Made by a program: the position numbers and the translations under genes
Shown here: one piece after another, positions 19,693-30,627 of the stretch
Position numbering within the stretch: the first letter of the stretch is position 1
How the letters are laid out: the number at the start of each line of letters is the position of its first letter
The notes under the pieces: model-generated
What the model saw: only the letters and a program-made list of their open reading frames with translations
Told to the model about the DNA's origin: nothing
Database searches by the model: none
DNA from: Chthoniobacteraceae bacterium
Lineage (GTDB): Bacteria; Verrucomicrobiota; Verrucomicrobiia; Chthoniobacterales; Chthoniobacteraceae
DNA length: 64,000 nt
Reading direction: 5' to 3'
Assembly (NCBI GenBank): GCA_031409655.1
Contig: JANNXQ010000232.1
Span: 1 to 64,000, forward strand

Positions 19693-20232
19693 TTATTGAA
19701 CGGTTTTGCCTTCCTTACGAACGATGTGTTCGCCGACGTAGCGCACACCCTTTCCCTTGTAAGGCTCAGGTGGGTAGTAAGAGCGGATGTTCGCAGCAAC
19801 CTGCCCGACGAGCTGGCGGTCCACGCCCTCAATTTTAATCTTCGTGTTTTCACCTACGGTCACCTTAACACCCGGAGGAATTGGGAAGAGGATCGGATGA
19901 GAGAATCCCAGATTTAGATCGAGGACAGCGCCCTTAACAGCGGCCTTGAATCCGACACCTTGAATCTCAAGGTCCTTCACAAAGCCCTCTGAAACGCCGC
20001 GAACCATGTTCTGCACCAGCGCACGGCTCAAACCGTGGAGCGCTCGGGTCTTCCGGTCCTCAGTGGCCCGGTCGAATGCAACTATGTTTCCTTCAACCCT
20101 TGCCTTGATTTCCTTCGGAAGAGTCCACCCTAGCCTGCCCTTAGGGCCCTCGACATTGACCGCACCATCAGATCCGAAACTAACGGAAACCTTGGCGGGC
20201 AACTCAATCGCTTTCTTGCCGATTCGGGACAT
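19693..20232 (-). CDS. rplF: 50S ribosomal protein L6
   Basis: MSRIGKK, PEPYKGKGVRY. Confidence 0.97.
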   Translation of the reverse strand: MSRIGKKAIELPAKVSVSFGSDGAVNVEGPKGRLGWTLPKEIKARVEGNIVAFDRATEDRKTRALHGLSRALVQNMVRGVSEGFVKDLEIQGVGFKAAVKGAVLDLNLGFSHPILFPIPPGVKVTVGENTKIKIEGVDRQLVGQVAANIRSYYPPEPYKGKGVRYVGEHIVRKEGKTVQ

Positions 20233-20250
20233 AAATTTTGTATTTTTTGG

Positions 20251-20649
20251 TTACCAAACGTAAGCAAGCAACTCGCCGCCAACATTCTGCTTCTTTGCAT
20301 CTCGACCTGTAATGATACCGCGCGGAGTAGAAAGAATTGAAATGCCCATGCCACCCAGGACGCGTGGAATCTCCGTCGCACCAACATACTTCCGCAACCC
20401 AGGCTTGCTCACCCTCTTCAAACCGGTGATCGCTGACGCCCGATTGACGAGCTTAGGCACAACCTTGATTTGCGGAAATTTCCCGGCGGTGTCGATCTCG
20501 TAGTTTGTAATATAGCCCTCCTGTTTAAGGATACGGGCTATTTCAGCCTTGATCTTCGAATACGGCGCCATAACCTCTGGCTTACTTGAGTTCGCGGAAT
20601 TCCGCAACCTCGTCAGGAAATCGGCAATGGGATCTGAGAGTTGGCTCAT
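20251..20649 (-). CDS. rpsH: 30S ribosomal protein S8
   Basis: DPIADFLTRLRN, SKPGLR, GGELL. Confidence 0.97.
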   Translation of the reverse strand: MSQLSDPIADFLTRLRNSANSSKPEVMAPYSKIKAEIARILKQEGYITNYEIDTAGKFPQIKVVPKLVNRASAITGLKRVSKPGLRKYVGATEIPRVLGGMGISILSTPRGIITGRDAKKQNVGGELLAYVW

Positions 20650-20655
20650 ACTGGA

Positions 20656-21231
20656 TTAGGCGGACTTTGCCGGTTGTGCCTTCTTCGGCTTATCGGTGAA
20701 AGGAATACCCATTTCGGTGAGGAGGCTTTTGGCCTCTGTGTCGGTAGTCGCAGTTGTCACGATGGTGACATCAAAACCGATGTTTCGCTTGATTTTATCC
20801 AGCTCCACCTCCGGGAAAATTGACTGATCCTTAACGCCCAACGTGTAGTTTCCGTTACCATCAAAGGCGCGGGTCGACACTCCTCGAAAATCGCGGATGC
20901 GAGGCAAAGCGGTTTTGATCAAACGCTCAAGGAATTCATACATCCTCGGCCCACGGAGGGTTACCTTGGCTCCGATTGGCTGGTTCTCCCGCAGCTTGAA
21001 ATTTGCGATGCTTTTCTTGGAACGAGTCTCCGCAGGCTTTTGCCCGGTAATCAATCCCATCTCTTCCTTGGCATCCTCAAGAGCCTGCTTCACATCAATA
21101 TTTGTGTTGACGCAAGTATTTACGACAACCTTTTCCACCTTTGGAACCTGACAGACGTTCATGTATCCGTGTTTCTCTCTCAGCGCCGGAACGACGTTGT
21201 TTTTATAAAATGTTTGGAGTTCGACTGCCAT
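20656..21231 (-). CDS. rplE: 50S ribosomal protein L5
   Basis: ITGQKP, LPRIRDFRG, FDGNGNY. Confidence 0.97.
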   Translation of the reverse strand: MAVELQTFYKNNVVPALREKHGYMNVCQVPKVEKVVVNTCVNTNIDVKQALEDAKEEMGLITGQKPAETRSKKSIANFKLRENQPIGAKVTLRGPRMYEFLERLIKTALPRIRDFRGVSTRAFDGNGNYTLGVKDQSIFPEVELDKIKRNIGFDVTIVTTATTDTEAKSLLTEMGIPFTDKPKKAQPAKSA

Positions 21232-21237
21232 AAAAAC

Positions 21238-21522
21238 TTAAGCTTCTTTCTTGGATTTACTCTTCACGGACTTCGCCGCGCTCTCGGCCTGCTCGACGAG
21301 CTTTACGTTCGAGATATGGATTGGCCCTTCACGCTCGATAATGCCCCCCTCGGGTCGGTCTTGGGATTTCCGCACATGTTTCTTGATGAGACGCACGCCT
21401 TCAATAAGAACTTGCTGCTTTTTGGGCAAAACCTGAAGAATTTTCCCTCCAGAGCCTTTGTGGTTCCCGGTAGTGACCTCGACCTTATCGCCCTTCCGGA
21501 CGTGAAAACTTAGACGACTCAT
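21238..21522 (-). CDS. rplX: 50S ribosomal protein L24
   Basis: KGDKVEV..G..KG, EGPIHISNV. Confidence 0.95.
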   Translation of the reverse strand: MSRLSFHVRKGDKVEVTTGNHKGSGGKILQVLPKKQQVLIEGVRLIKKHVRKSQDRPEGGIIEREGPIHISNVKLVEQAESAAKSVKSKSKKEA

Positions 21523-21523
21523 C

Positions 21524-21892
21524 TTAAAGAACCTCCGGGGCCAATGACACAATCTTCATAAAGTTTTTCTCGCGGAGTTCGCGCGCAACCGGGCCAAAAA
21601 TGCGTGTCCCTCGAGGATTCAAATCCTTATCAATAATCACGATCGCATTGTTATCAAAACGCAGGTAACTCCCGTCCTCCCGGCGGATTGCTTGTCTCGT
21701 ACGCACAATTACGGCGCGAACGACATCACCTTTTTTCACTGTCCCACCCGCTGACGCCTCACGAACATGGGCCGTGATCACATCGCCAATACTCGCGCTG
21801 AGAGAGTTCTTTTTCCCGATGACGCCAATCATCTTGGCCATTCGCGCGCCGGTGTTGTCGGCGACATCGAGTCTTGAACGAATCTGAAGCAT
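21524..21892 (-). CDS. rplN: 50S ribosomal protein L14
   Basis: [20 protein letters not shown]. Confidence 0.97.
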   Translation of the reverse strand: MLQIRSRLDVADNTGARMAKMIGVIGKKNSLSASIGDVITAHVREASAGGTVKKGDVVRAVIVRTRQAIRREDGSYLRFDNNAIVIIDKDLNPRGTRIFGPVARELREKNFMKIVSLAPEVL

Positions 21893-21913
21893 AAAATTAA
21901 AGTTACTGCCGAC

Positions 21914-22198
21914 CTAGTGTTTAACAATTTCCACCAAACGCCAACGTTTTAGTTTCGAAAGAGGCCGAGTTTCAGCAATCCGAACGGTATCACCTAGCTT
22001 TGCTTCACTCGCCTCGTCATGAGCGTAAAAGCGCTTCACCTGTTTGATGATTTTACCAAATTTTGGATGCGGCACACGCGTCGTCGTCTCGACGATCACT
22101 GTCTTCTTCATCTTCGTTGAAACAACTTGGCCCACGCGGCCTTTCCGCAAGCCCCGGTGTGCCTCAGCAGTTAATACCTTCTCGGCTGTCTCGCTCAT
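21914..22198 (-). CDS. rpsQ: 30S ribosomal protein S17
   Basis: [22 protein letters not shown]. Confidence 0.96.
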   Translation of the reverse strand: MSETAEKVLTAEAHRGLRKGRVGQVVSTKMKKTVIVETTTRVPHPKFGKIIKQVKRFYAHDEASEAKLGDTVRIAETRPLSKLKRWRLVEIVKH

Positions 22199-22200
22199 AG

Positions 22201-22407
22201 CTATTTGGTCACCGCTGGAGCGGATTTTTTCTGGTTAGTAAAAGTCTCGATCCGCCCAATTTCGCGACGCAATGCCCGCAGTTGGCTTGGCTTATCAAGT
22301 TGGCCGCTCTGTTGCTGGAGGCGGAGGTGAAAAATCTCTTCGCCCAGTTCCCTTTTGCGTGCACTGAGTTCGTTTAGACTGAGTTCGCTGATTTCTTTTG
22401 TCTTCAT
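22201..22407 (-). CDS. rpmC: 50S ribosomal protein L29
   Basis: LRLQ..SGQL...[10 protein letters not shown]; synteny between rplP and rpsQ. Confidence 0.92.
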   Translation of the reverse strand: MKTKEISELSLNELSARKRELGEEIFHLRLQQQSGQLDKPSQLRALRREIGRIETFTNQKKSAPAVTK

Positions 22408-22410
22408 CGA

Positions 22411-22827
22411 CTAAGCGTGGTGACGGGTGAGAAATTTAGTCCGGATTGGAAGTTTGTCTGCTGCAAGTCGAAGGGACTCTCGCGCCACAGTTTCAGAAAC
22501 TCCATCGAGTTCGAAAAGAATATTGCCGGGCCGAACAGTGGCGACCCAATACTCGGGAGCACCCTTTCCCTTACCCATTCGCGTTTCAGGAGGACGAGAC
22601 GTTACCGACTTATCAGGGAAGATTCGGATCCAAAGCTTGCCCTTGCGCTTCATATTGCGGGTGAGTGCAACCCGGGCCGCTTCGATCTGAGTATTTGTAA
22701 TCCAAGCGCGCTCTAAAGTCTGGAGGGCGAACGCACCGAAATCGATTGTAATATTCCGGGAAGCCTTGCCCGCGCGGCTTCCGCGCTGGGACTTACGATA
22801 CTTCACTCGTTTAGGCATCAAAGGCAT
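22411..22827 (-). CDS. rplP: 50S ribosomal protein L16
   Basis: [23 protein letters not shown]. Confidence 0.97.
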   Translation of the reverse strand: MPLMPKRVKYRKSQRGSRAGKASRNITIDFGAFALQTLERAWITNTQIEAARVALTRNMKRKGKLWIRIFPDKSVTSRPPETRMGKGKGAPEYWVATVRPGNILFELDGVSETVARESLRLAADKLPIRTKFLTRHHA

Positions 22828-22863
22828 GGCAAATTCCTTGTCTAAAGGTTCGTGTTACTGAAA

Positions 22864-23580
22864 TTAAGGTGCGACCGCCTCTGGCATATTTGTTGGAGCA
22901 GGAGTTTCCCGATCTCGTTCGCGGTCACGTCGCTCTACCGGGGCTGCTTCCCCCGCAGTCTCAGTTTTACAGAGCCAGCACTTAACGCCAATCTTTCCGT
23001 AGACGGTATTCGCCTCCGCAAAGCCGTAATCAATCGGAGTACGGAGGGTATGGAGCGGAATTTTTCCTTCCCGATACCATTCAGCACGGCTGATTTCCGC
23101 ACCGCCAAGTCGCCCAGCGCAGCGCAGCTTTACCCCTTGGGCTCCGAATTCCATCGTTTGCTGAATGGACTTCTTCATAGCCCGCCGGAAACTAATGCGC
23201 CGCTCGATTTGAAGCGCCACATTCTCCGCGACCAATTGGGCGTCTAACTCCGGTGTCTTGATTTCCTGAATGTCGATCTTAACGGATTTGCCACCTGCCA
23301 TATCCCCAATGTCCGCGGTCATTTTCTCGATTTCCGTTCCTTTTCGCCCAATAACAATGCCGGGCCTAGCGGTGAAAATTGTCACCCGGATACTATTCCA
23401 AGCGCGCTCAATGACGATCTTCGAGACCGCTGCAAGCCGCAGTTTCTCTTTAACATACGCCCGGATCCTAATATCCGAAGCCAGGAAATCGGGAAGTTCC
23501 TTAGGCGACGCGAACCAACGCGACCGCCAGTCATGATTGACCGCGAGACGGAACCCAACAGGATTGACTTTTTGACCCAT
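22864..23580 (-). CDS. rpsC: 30S ribosomal protein S3
   Basis: MGQKVNPVGFRL, RPGIVIG, GRLGGAEI. Confidence 0.97.
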   Translation of the reverse strand: MGQKVNPVGFRLAVNHDWRSRWFASPKELPDFLASDIRIRAYVKEKLRLAAVSKIVIERAWNSIRVTIFTARPGIVIGRKGTEIEKMTADIGDMAGGKSVKIDIQEIKTPELDAQLVAENVALQIERRISFRRAMKKSIQQTMEFGAQGVKLRCAGRLGGAEISRAEWYREGKIPLHTLRTPIDYGFAEANTVYGKIGVKCWLCKTETAGEAAPVERRDRERDRETPAPTNMPEAVAP

Positions 23581-23582
23581 AT

Positions 23583-24047
23583 TTATGCTTGTTTGGAGAC
23601 GTCACCACTCGTCGAGGACGCCGCCTCGACAGGTTGAATGGGATTTTTCTTCGCCGCTGACTTTGCGGCCCTCCCTTTGGAGGCCGACTTCCGCGGTTCA
23701 CGCTTCTTGATTTCGATTTCGTCCGTAACGACTATACGAATATGAGAACTCCGCTTCCTGATCGGTCCCGCGCTGCCACGTGCCTTCGGTTGCGAACGCT
23801 TGAGCGTTGGCCCCTCACCAACAGTCGCCTCCTGCACAACAAGGTTATCCGCGCGTAAGTTGTTGTTATTTTCAGCGTTGGCAATAGCGCTTTTCAAGGT
23901 CTTGGCAATCATACTTGCCGCCTTCCTTGGGGTAAAAGCAAGGATATCAAGCGCCGCCGCTACCGGCAGTCCCTGAATTTCGCGCGCAACTTCTCTCGCC
24001 TTAAAAGCTGAGATTCGTGCACCCCGATATATGGATTTGATCTGCAT
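23583..24047 (-). CDS. rplV: 50S ribosomal protein L22 with Lys/Ala-rich C-terminal tail
   Basis: ISAFKAR, SAIANAENN, GPTLKR, RKRSSHI. Confidence 0.95.
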   Translation of the reverse strand: MQIKSIYRGARISAFKAREVAREIQGLPVAAALDILAFTPRKAASMIAKTLKSAIANAENNNNLRADNLVVQEATVGEGPTLKRSQPKARGSAGPIRKRSSHIRIVVTDEIEIKKREPRKSASKGRAAKSAAKKNPIQPVEAASSTSGDVSKQA

Positions 24048-24073
24048 GTCTAAATGGTTTGGTATTGAAAGTT

Positions 24074-24880
24074 TTATGGCTGTGTTTCGACAATTAATCG
24101 ATCACCAATGCGTATTCTGTTTTCGACTGAAATTAGACTTTGAACAACTGCTCCCGCGAACCGCTCCCTTACTTCTACAACTCTAACGGACCCCACTATA
24201 TTGTTTCCCCGAATCACCCGGAAAGGCATCCCAACCCTTACCCCTTGCGCTCGCCCGAGATTCGCGACTACAAGGAGCATCTCCTCCTTGACGCTGATCA
24301 CTGCTCCATCACCTAAGGTTAAAGCGACCGCCAACGCCTCAACGCCACGATTGCTCACGCCGAGCGCAGCGCGCGCTTCTCTGATTGCCTCCTCAACCAC
24401 CAGTTGGCCGGTGCCATCACTCGAACCAGACGGAATTTTAAGCTGACTCATGGCTTCGGTAAGACGAATGATTGCAGCCACTAGGGCACTGTTTTTGAAT
24501 TCTAGTTGCTGGATCTCACTGACGGATGACAAAAGTCTTTGCTCTAGCTTCCCCTGGCTGCCGCTGACACTACCCCCGAGCGCTTCTACCCGCTTCTTGA
24601 TTTCAATTGCCTGGCGCCGATAAATTTCGACCTCGCCCGCCCCAACTGCGACTACCTGACGCATCTCGCGCACAGCCTGTTCGGCCTTGGAGAGCGCCGC
24701 CTGCAACTGCCGATTCTCAACGAGCAGTTTCTCAGAGGAAATAACTTCCCCGTTTTGTTCAAAATCTAAATCTATCAAAGAACTGACCCCTAGCTGAGCC
24801 TCTGAAGTGACGTCTAGGGCGGTCGAAACAATGACCACTGAAACTAAAAAACTCCAGAGTTTTGAGGGCAAATTTATCAC
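24074..24880 (-). CDS. Hypothetical envelope protein: signal/TM, coiled coil, C-terminal beta domain
   Basis: 268-aa ORF filling the rpsS-rplV gap; hydrophobic N-terminus, heptad-rich middle, VVANLGRAQGVRVG...GSVRVVEV. Confidence 0.7.
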   Translation of the reverse strand: MINLPSKLWSFLVSVVIVSTALDVTSEAQLGVSSLIDLDFEQNGEVISSEKLLVENRQLQAALSKAEQAVREMRQVVAVGAGEVEIYRRQAIEIKKRVEALGGSVSGSQGKLEQRLLSSVSEIQQLEFKNSALVAAIIRLTEAMSQLKIPSGSSDGTGQLVVEEAIREARAALGVSNRGVEALAVALTLGDGAVISVKEEMLLVVANLGRAQGVRVGMPFRVIRGNNIVGSVRVVEVRERFAGAVVQSLISVENRIRIGDRLIVETQP

Positions 24881-24906
24881 CTCTCAATCTTCCGCAATTT
24901 ACTCGG

Positions 24907-25185
24907 CTACTTTGTCACTTTGGCAGTGTGCGAACCATGCTTCTTGAAAATTCGCGTGGGCGAAAATTCACCAAGCTTGTGTCCCACCATGTTTTCGGTC
25001 ACAAACACGGAATTAAAAATCTTGCCATTGTGTACCAGAAAGGTGTTACCCACAAAATCTGGTGTGATTGTCGAGCGTCGAGACCAAGTCTTAATTGGTT
25101 TTTTGATCGAAGCTGAAGCCATCTTTTCGATCTTATCGAAGAGATGACTATCAACGAACGGACCTTTTTTTAAGGAGCGACCCAT
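24907..25185 (-). CDS. rpsS: 30S ribosomal protein S19
   Basis: [27 protein letters not shown]. Confidence 0.97.
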   Translation of the reverse strand: MGRSLKKGPFVDSHLFDKIEKMASASIKKPIKTWSRRSTITPDFVGNTFLVHNGKIFNSVFVTENMVGHKLGEFSPTRIFKKHGSHTAKVTK

Positions 25186-25202
25186 AAAGTATTAAAAATT
25201 TA

Positions 25203-26051
25203 CTAGGCTTTCTTCTTAGATTTGCGGCGTTCAATGATGAACCCGTTGCTTGGCTTGTGCTTACGGCGCGTCTTAAAACCCTTGGCAAGTTGACCCCAAG
25301 GACTCATCGGATGATGGCGCCCTCCACCACCTTTCGACTTACCTTGGCCACCACCCATGGGATGGTCAACTGGATTCATGACCATTCCACGAACGGTTGG
25401 ACGAATTCCCTGCCACCGACTGCGACCAGCTTTTCCACTAGAGACGTTCATGTGGTCAACATTTCCCACCTGCCCAATGGTCGCGTAACAACTGTCGTGA
25501 ATCTTGCGAATCTCCCCGGATGGCATTTTAACGAGCGCATACCCTGCTTCCCGGTTATTGAGAATCACCTGCTGTCCTGCACTTCGGGCAATTTGCCCAC
25601 CGCGCCCTGGGGTCAATTCCACATTGTGAAGGGACGAACCAAGCGGAATGACCCTAAGTGGAAGGGCGTTACCAACCTGCGGTTCAGCTCCCTCGCCAGA
25701 AACCACCTTCATCCCAACGTTCAGGCCAACCGGAGCCAGAATGTATGCTTTGTCGCCGTCGGGATACTGAAGGAGAGCAATCCGTGCAGAACGATTCGGG
25801 TCGTACTCGATCCCGACTACCTCAGCCACCACGTCGCGCTTCTTTCGTTTGAAATCAACAATCCGGTACTTTTGCTTGTGCCCACCACCGATGTGACGGG
25901 TAGTGATGCGACCATAGCTATTGCGCCCACCGGTCTTCTTTTTGGTTTCGACAAGAGACTTCTCCGGTTTGGATTTTGTGATTTCATCGAAAGCTGGAAG
26001 CGCCTTGAAGCGGTTGGCAGGCGTGAATGGGCGGAATGTCTTAAGAGCCAT
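25203..26051 (-). CDS. rplB: 50S ribosomal protein L2
   Basis: [24 protein letters not shown]. Confidence 0.97.
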   Translation of the reverse strand: MALKTFRPFTPANRFKALPAFDEITKSKPEKSLVETKKKTGGRNSYGRITTRHIGGGHKQKYRIVDFKRKKRDVVAEVVGIEYDPNRSARIALLQYPDGDKAYILAPVGLNVGMKVVSGEGAEPQVGNALPLRVIPLGSSLHNVELTPGRGGQIARSAGQQVILNNREAGYALVKMPSGEIRKIHDSCYATIGQVGNVDHMNVSSGKAGRSRWQGIRPTVRGMVMNPVDHPMGGGQGKSKGGGGRHHPMSPWGQLAKGFKTRRKHKPSNGFIIERRKSKKKA

Positions 26052-26064
26052 GACTTGAAATTCT

Positions 26065-26349
26065 TTAAGCGAATTCGATCTTGTCGCCTTCCTTGAGGGT
26101 TACAATTGCCTTCTTCCAATGGGGCTTTCGCCCGAAAGAGGCAGTCCGCTCACGCTTCTTTTTACCCGCATAATTGCAGGTATTTACGGCAACGACCTTC
26201 TTCTTGAAAAGTTTCTCGATTGCTTCCCGGATTTGAATTTTATTCGCGTGCGGAGCCACACGGAAGACATACTTGTTCTCCCGCTCAGCGAGGAGCGTAG
26301 CCTTCTCAGTCAGGCGTGCGTTGTTGATAATTACGTGCGGATCGTTCAT
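26065..26349 (-). CDS. rplW: 50S ribosomal protein L23
   Basis: [18 protein letters not shown]. Confidence 0.95.
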   Translation of the reverse strand: MNDPHVIINNARLTEKATLLAERENKYVFRVAPHANKIQIREAIEKLFKKKVVAVNTCNYAGKKKRERTASFGRKPHWKKAIVTLKEGDKIEFA

Positions 26350-26960
26350 TTGCTGGAAATTCGTTGGGCAAGCTCAGCAAGCCCGTCGGCCGTGATGACA
26401 ATCTTCTTATACTTCAGAAAGTCCTCCGTGTTCACCTCGGCTGCTGTCACCAATTGGGCAGGCTGAACATTCCGCCCAGCGAGATAAGTTGTATCGTCAA
26501 ACACGCTCGACACGACGAGCGTCTTCTCTTCGTCAGTGATCCCCTTAAGAAGCGCAACAAACTGCTTCGTCTTTGGCTGTTTGACAATAAAACTATCGAC
26601 GATAAACACATCCCCATCCTTGATCCGCTCACTCAAGGCCTTCCTTAAGGCGATCCTCTTTGTGGTCTTATTTACCTTTTTAGAGTAGTCTCTGGGATGT
26701 GGTCCGAAAACGACACCACCACCGACCCAAACTGGACTGGAACGGTAGCCAGCGCGTGCGCGCCCAGTTCCCTTTTGCCGCCACGGCTTGGAACCTGAAC
26801 CATTGACCGTCGCCTTCGTCTTTACCGACGCTGTCCCACTGCGCCGGTTCGCCTGCATCGCGACGACTACATCGTGAACAGCCTGAGTGTATTTGCCATT
26901 TTCAATAACCTCGATATTTGCCGCCTTGGCGGCTTCAACGGTGAGAATTTTCGCTGACAT
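26346..26960 (-). CDS. rplD: 50S ribosomal protein L4
   Basis: KPWRQKGTGRARAG, GGVVFGP. Confidence 0.96.
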   Translation of the reverse strand: MSAKILTVEAAKAANIEVIENGKYTQAVHDVVVAMQANRRSGTASVKTKATVNGSGSKPWRQKGTGRARAGYRSSPVWVGGGVVFGPHPRDYSKKVNKTTKRIALRKALSERIKDGDVFIVDSFIVKQPKTKQFVALLKGITDEEKTLVVSSVFDDTTYLAGRNVQPAQLVTAAEVNTEDFLKYKKIVITADGLAELAQRISSK

Positions 26961-26962
26961 GA

Positions 26963-27610
26963 CTATTTCGGAGCCTCCAATTTCGCTTTCTTCGCCGGCC
27001 GGATGACCACGTATCCACCATTTGCGCCAGGAACCGCGCCGCTGATTAGAATCACTCCCTCTTCGGGGCGCACTTGAACAACGCGGAGGTTTTGCACAGT
27101 AACTCGCTCGTCGCCCATGTGACCGGGCATTCCCATATTCTTCCAAATGCGACCTGGCGTTGACCGATTACCGATTGCACCGTTTCGACGATGCATCATT
27201 GACCCGTGAGACGCACCCTGGCCTGCCATGTTGTGCTTTTTCATGACGCCCTGAAAGCCTTTACCTTTGGATTGCCCAATAACGTCCACAATCTGACCTG
27301 CTGAAAATTGATTCACACTAAGATCAAGCTCCCCCTCGACCTTGGTCCCGTCAGCCAAGCGGAACTCCTTGATGAATTTCTTTGGTTCAGACCCCGCCTT
27401 CTTGAAATGGCCAAGTTGGGGCATCGTCACTCGCTGCGGCTTTTGGGCACCAAACCCCACTTGGACGCCACTGTACCCGTCCTTTTCCTCACTTTTAACC
27501 TGAAGAAGGGTATTTTCCCCTGCCCCAATAACGGTGACGGGGGTTGCCTTTCCCGCTGCGTCATACACGCGGGTCATGCCTAGCTTTTTACCTAAAAGTC
27601 CAATTTTCAT
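26963..27610 (-). CDS. rplC: 50S ribosomal protein L3
   Basis: GKKLGMT, SKGKGFQG, MPGHMG, GAVPG. Confidence 0.96.
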   Translation of the reverse strand: MKIGLLGKKLGMTRVYDAAGKATPVTVIGAGENTLLQVKSEEKDGYSGVQVGFGAQKPQRVTMPQLGHFKKAGSEPKKFIKEFRLADGTKVEGELDLSVNQFSAGQIVDVIGQSKGKGFQGVMKKHNMAGQGASHGSMMHRRNGAIGNRSTPGRIWKNMGMPGHMGDERVTVQNLRVVQVRPEEGVILISGAVPGANGGYVVIRPAKKAKLEAPK

Positions 27611-27619
27611 TTGTCTCAA

Positions 27620-27928
27620 TTAGATCTTGATGGTGATGTCCACGCCCGCAGGAAGATTGAGTTTCTTGAGTTCATCCACTGTTTTCGCAGTGGGCTCAAT
27701 GATGTCGAGCAAGCGCTTGTGAGTCCGAATCTCGAACTGCTCCATGGACTTTTTGTCCACATGCGGCGATCGATTCACAGTGAACTTCTCAATGCGTGTC
27801 GGGAGCGGAATCGGCCCCGCGACCTTGGCACCGGTGCGCTTGGCAGTTTCAACGATCTCCGCTGCTGATTGATCGAGCATGCGAAAATCGAAAGCCTTGA
27901 GACGGATGCGGATGCGTTGACCAGACAT
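27620..27928 (-). CDS. rpsJ: 30S ribosomal protein S10
   Basis: [23 protein letters not shown]. Confidence 0.97.
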   Translation of the reverse strand: MSGQRIRIRLKAFDFRMLDQSAAEIVETAKRTGAKVAGPIPLPTRIEKFTVNRSPHVDKKSMEQFEIRTHKRLLDIIEPTAKTVDELKKLNLPAGVDITIKI

Positions 27929-27937
27929 AGGTTAGAT

Positions 27938-30109
27938 TTATTTGGCTTTCTGATCCAGCACGGCCGCGAGTACTTGTGCGGGGACTTGCTGAAAGTGGGA
28001 CGGCTCCATCGAGTAGCTGGAGCGGCCCTTTGAAAGTGAACGGATGGCCGTGGAGTAACCGAACATTTCGGCCAACGGAACTTCGGCATTTACGATTGAC
28101 AGCCCGTTGCGGGCTTCGATTCCCTTGATGAAGCCCCGCCGCCGATTGAGATCACCCATGATGTCACCCTGAAACTCGTCAGGCGTGGTATTCTCGACCT
28201 TCATGATTGGTTCGAGAAGAATGGAATTCGCCTTCTTAAATGCATCTTTCATCGCGAAAATTGCCGCCATCTTGAACGCGAGCTCATTCGAATCAACGTC
28301 ATGGTAGCTTCCATCGATGATATCGACTTCGAGGTCGATTACTGGGTAGCCGCCGATAATGCCGTTGAGCACTGCTTCCTCGATTCCCTTCTTACAGGCC
28401 GGAATATATTCCTTGGGGATCGTCCCACCGACGACCTCGTTCTCAATCGTCAGCCCTTTACCCTGCTCTGCGGGTCGCACGTTGACAACGACGTGACCAT
28501 ATTGCCCACGACCGCCCGACTGTTTGATGAGCTTACCCTCGCCCATGGCTGGTTTGGTAATCGTCTCGCGGTAGGCGATTTGCGGCTTCCCGGCGTTCGC
28601 CTCCACCTTGAATTCACGCATCATGCGGTCGCGAATGATCTCCAAGTGGAGTTCTCCCATTCCCGCGATAATTGTCTGACCAGTATCTTCGTTTGTGAAA
28701 ACTCGGAAAGTCGGATCCTCCTCAGCAAGGCGCTGAAGCGCGATACCCATTTTTTCCTGATCGAGCTTGGTCTTCGGCTCGATGGCCATGCTGATGACGG
28801 GATCAGGAAAGGAGGGCGGCTCCAGAAGGATCGTGTGGTCCTCGTCGCAGAGCGTATCTCCAGTCGTCACATTCTTGATTCCAACGATCGCCGCAATGTC
28901 ACCTGAGTAAATAGTGTCGATATCCTCGCGCTTATCGGCCTGAATCTGGATGAGTCGGCTGATGCGATCGCGCTTGTTCGTGCGAGGATTGTAGACGGTG
29001 TCGCCCTTGGTCAACTTCCCGCTATAGATACGGAAGAAAACGAGTTTACCGACGAAAGGATCGCTCCACAGCTTGAAAGCGAGAGAACAAAATTTTGCAT
29101 TATCATCCGCAGGAGCCTCAATGACCTTGCTGTGGTCATCCGGGTCAATTCCTTTGGCCGGAGGAATATCGAGCGGCCCAGGAAGGTAGTCGATGACAGC
29201 GTCCACGAGGTATTGAACACCTTTGTTTTTGAATGCAGAGCCGCCAACAACCGGGACAAACTTGTTCGCAATGGTTTGTCGGCGGATGCCGGCTTTGAGC
29301 ATTGTGGGGCTGATCGGCTTTTCCTCGAGGAACGCAGTCCCGATCTCATCGTCGAGGTCGGAGATTGCGGTCACCAAATCCTCGTAGGCGCTATCGACTA
29401 GATCCTTGAACTCAGCCGGAATCTCTTCAACCCGGTAATTGGATCCCATCTTCTCGTCGTCGAGATAGATGATCGCCTTCTTATTGATTACGTCGAACTG
29501 GCCCTTGAGGTGATCTTCCTTTCCGTAAGGAATCAATACGGGCCAGGCATTAGCGCGGAGTTTGTTCCGAAGATCATCAATCGCGTGATCAAAGTCCGCG
29601 CCGGTGCGGTCCATTTTGTTCACGAAGGCAATGCGAGGGACGTTATACTTTGTTGCTTGCCGCCAAACAGTCTCCGACTGCGGTTGCACCCCAGCGACCG
29701 CACAGAACACTGCGATCGCACCGTCGAGAACACGAAGGGAACGCTCCACTTCGGCGGTGAAGTCGACGTGCCCAGGGGTGTCGATGATATTCACGCGCAT
29801 CTTGATGGCTTCGTAAGCCTTGTAAACGCCTTCCTGCTTAGTCTGCTCCCAAAAACAAGTGGTGGCTGCGGACGTAATCGTGATCCCTCGCTCACGTTCC
29901 TGCTCCATCCAGTCAGTCACGGTGGTGCCCTCATGCACCTCACCGATTTTATGAATCATCCCAGTGTAGAAAAGAATTCGTTCCGTGAGCGTCGTCTTGC
30001 CGGCGTCAATGTGCGCAGCAATTCCGATGTTGCGGGTCCGCTCGAGCGGATAGGCGCGATCTGGAGAATTTGGGTTCGTGCTCACGGTCTTATCGACGAC
30101 AGCAGACAT
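27938..30109 (-). CDS. fusA: Elongation factor G
   Basis: [30 protein letters not shown]. Confidence 0.98.
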   Translation of the reverse strand: MSAVVDKTVSTNPNSPDRAYPLERTRNIGIAAHIDAGKTTLTERILFYTGMIHKIGEVHEGTTVTDWMEQERERGITITSAATTCFWEQTKQEGVYKAYEAIKMRVNIIDTPGHVDFTAEVERSLRVLDGAIAVFCAVAGVQPQSETVWRQATKYNVPRIAFVNKMDRTGADFDHAIDDLRNKLRANAWPVLIPYGKEDHLKGQFDVINKKAIIYLDDEKMGSNYRVEEIPAEFKDLVDSAYEDLVTAISDLDDEIGTAFLEEKPISPTMLKAGIRRQTIANKFVPVVGGSAFKNKGVQYLVDAVIDYLPGPLDIPPAKGIDPDDHSKVIEAPADDNAKFCSLAFKLWSDPFVGKLVFFRIYSGKLTKGDTVYNPRTNKRDRISRLIQIQADKREDIDTIYSGDIAAIVGIKNVTTGDTLCDEDHTILLEPPSFPDPVISMAIEPKTKLDQEKMGIALQRLAEEDPTFRVFTNEDTGQTIIAGMGELHLEIIRDRMMREFKVEANAGKPQIAYRETITKPAMGEGKLIKQSGGRGQYGHVVVNVRPAEQGKGLTIENEVVGGTIPKEYIPACKKGIEEAVLNGIIGGYPVIDLEVDIIDGSYHDVDSNELAFKMAAIFAMKDAFKKANSILLEPIMKVENTTPDEFQGDIMGDLNRRRGFIKGIEARNGLSIVNAEVPLAEMFGYSTAIRSLSKGRSSYSMEPSHFQQVPAQVLAAVLDQKAK

Positions 30110-30111
30110 CT

Positions 30112-30585
30112 TCAGAAACGGAAGTGAGCGAAGGCGCGATTCGCCTGAGCCATCTTGTGGGTGTCGTCGCGTTTCTTGATTGCATTTCCCTGACCCACTG
30201 CAGCCTCCTTAAGCTCACTGGCCAGCGCTTTCATCAGCGGAACATTCTTCCGCGCCAGCGCATAATTGACGATCCAGCGCATTGCGAGGGCGAGCTGGCG
30301 AGCTGGCGGCACCTCCATGGGCACCTGATAGGTTGCACCGCCAACGCGGCGACTTTTCACCTCGAGGCGAGGCTTCACGTTGTCGATCGCCTTGTTGAGC
30401 ACTTCAAGAGGATCGACCGCATCTGTGCCAGTGCGGGTTTCCTCAATGGCCGAATAGACGATGCGCTCAGCCAGCGATTTCTTCCCGCCCTTCATCACCG
30501 TACTAATCAGGCGAGCAACCACCGGACTCCCGTAACGGGAATCAAGCTTCTCTTCTTTGTGAATGACGCGACGACGGCGAGACAT
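30112..30585 (-). CDS. rpsG: 30S ribosomal protein S7
   Basis: [22 protein letters not shown]. Confidence 0.97.
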   Translation of the reverse strand: MSRRRRVIHKEEKLDSRYGSPVVARLISTVMKGGKKSLAERIVYSAIEETRTGTDAVDPLEVLNKAIDNVKPRLEVKSRRVGGATYQVPMEVPPARQLALAMRWIVNYALARKNVPLMKALASELKEAAVGQGNAIKKRDDTHKMAQANRAFAHFRF

Positions 30586-30627
30586 GGGAAAATCTTTGAA
30601 AAATGAGTTTAAATTTGGCGGCGCCTA

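Noticed and set aside
24074..24880. Mobile element or homing endonuclease inserted in the S10 operon
   Set aside because: No transposase or nuclease motifs, terminal repeats or target duplication; the product looks like an envelope coiled-coil protein.
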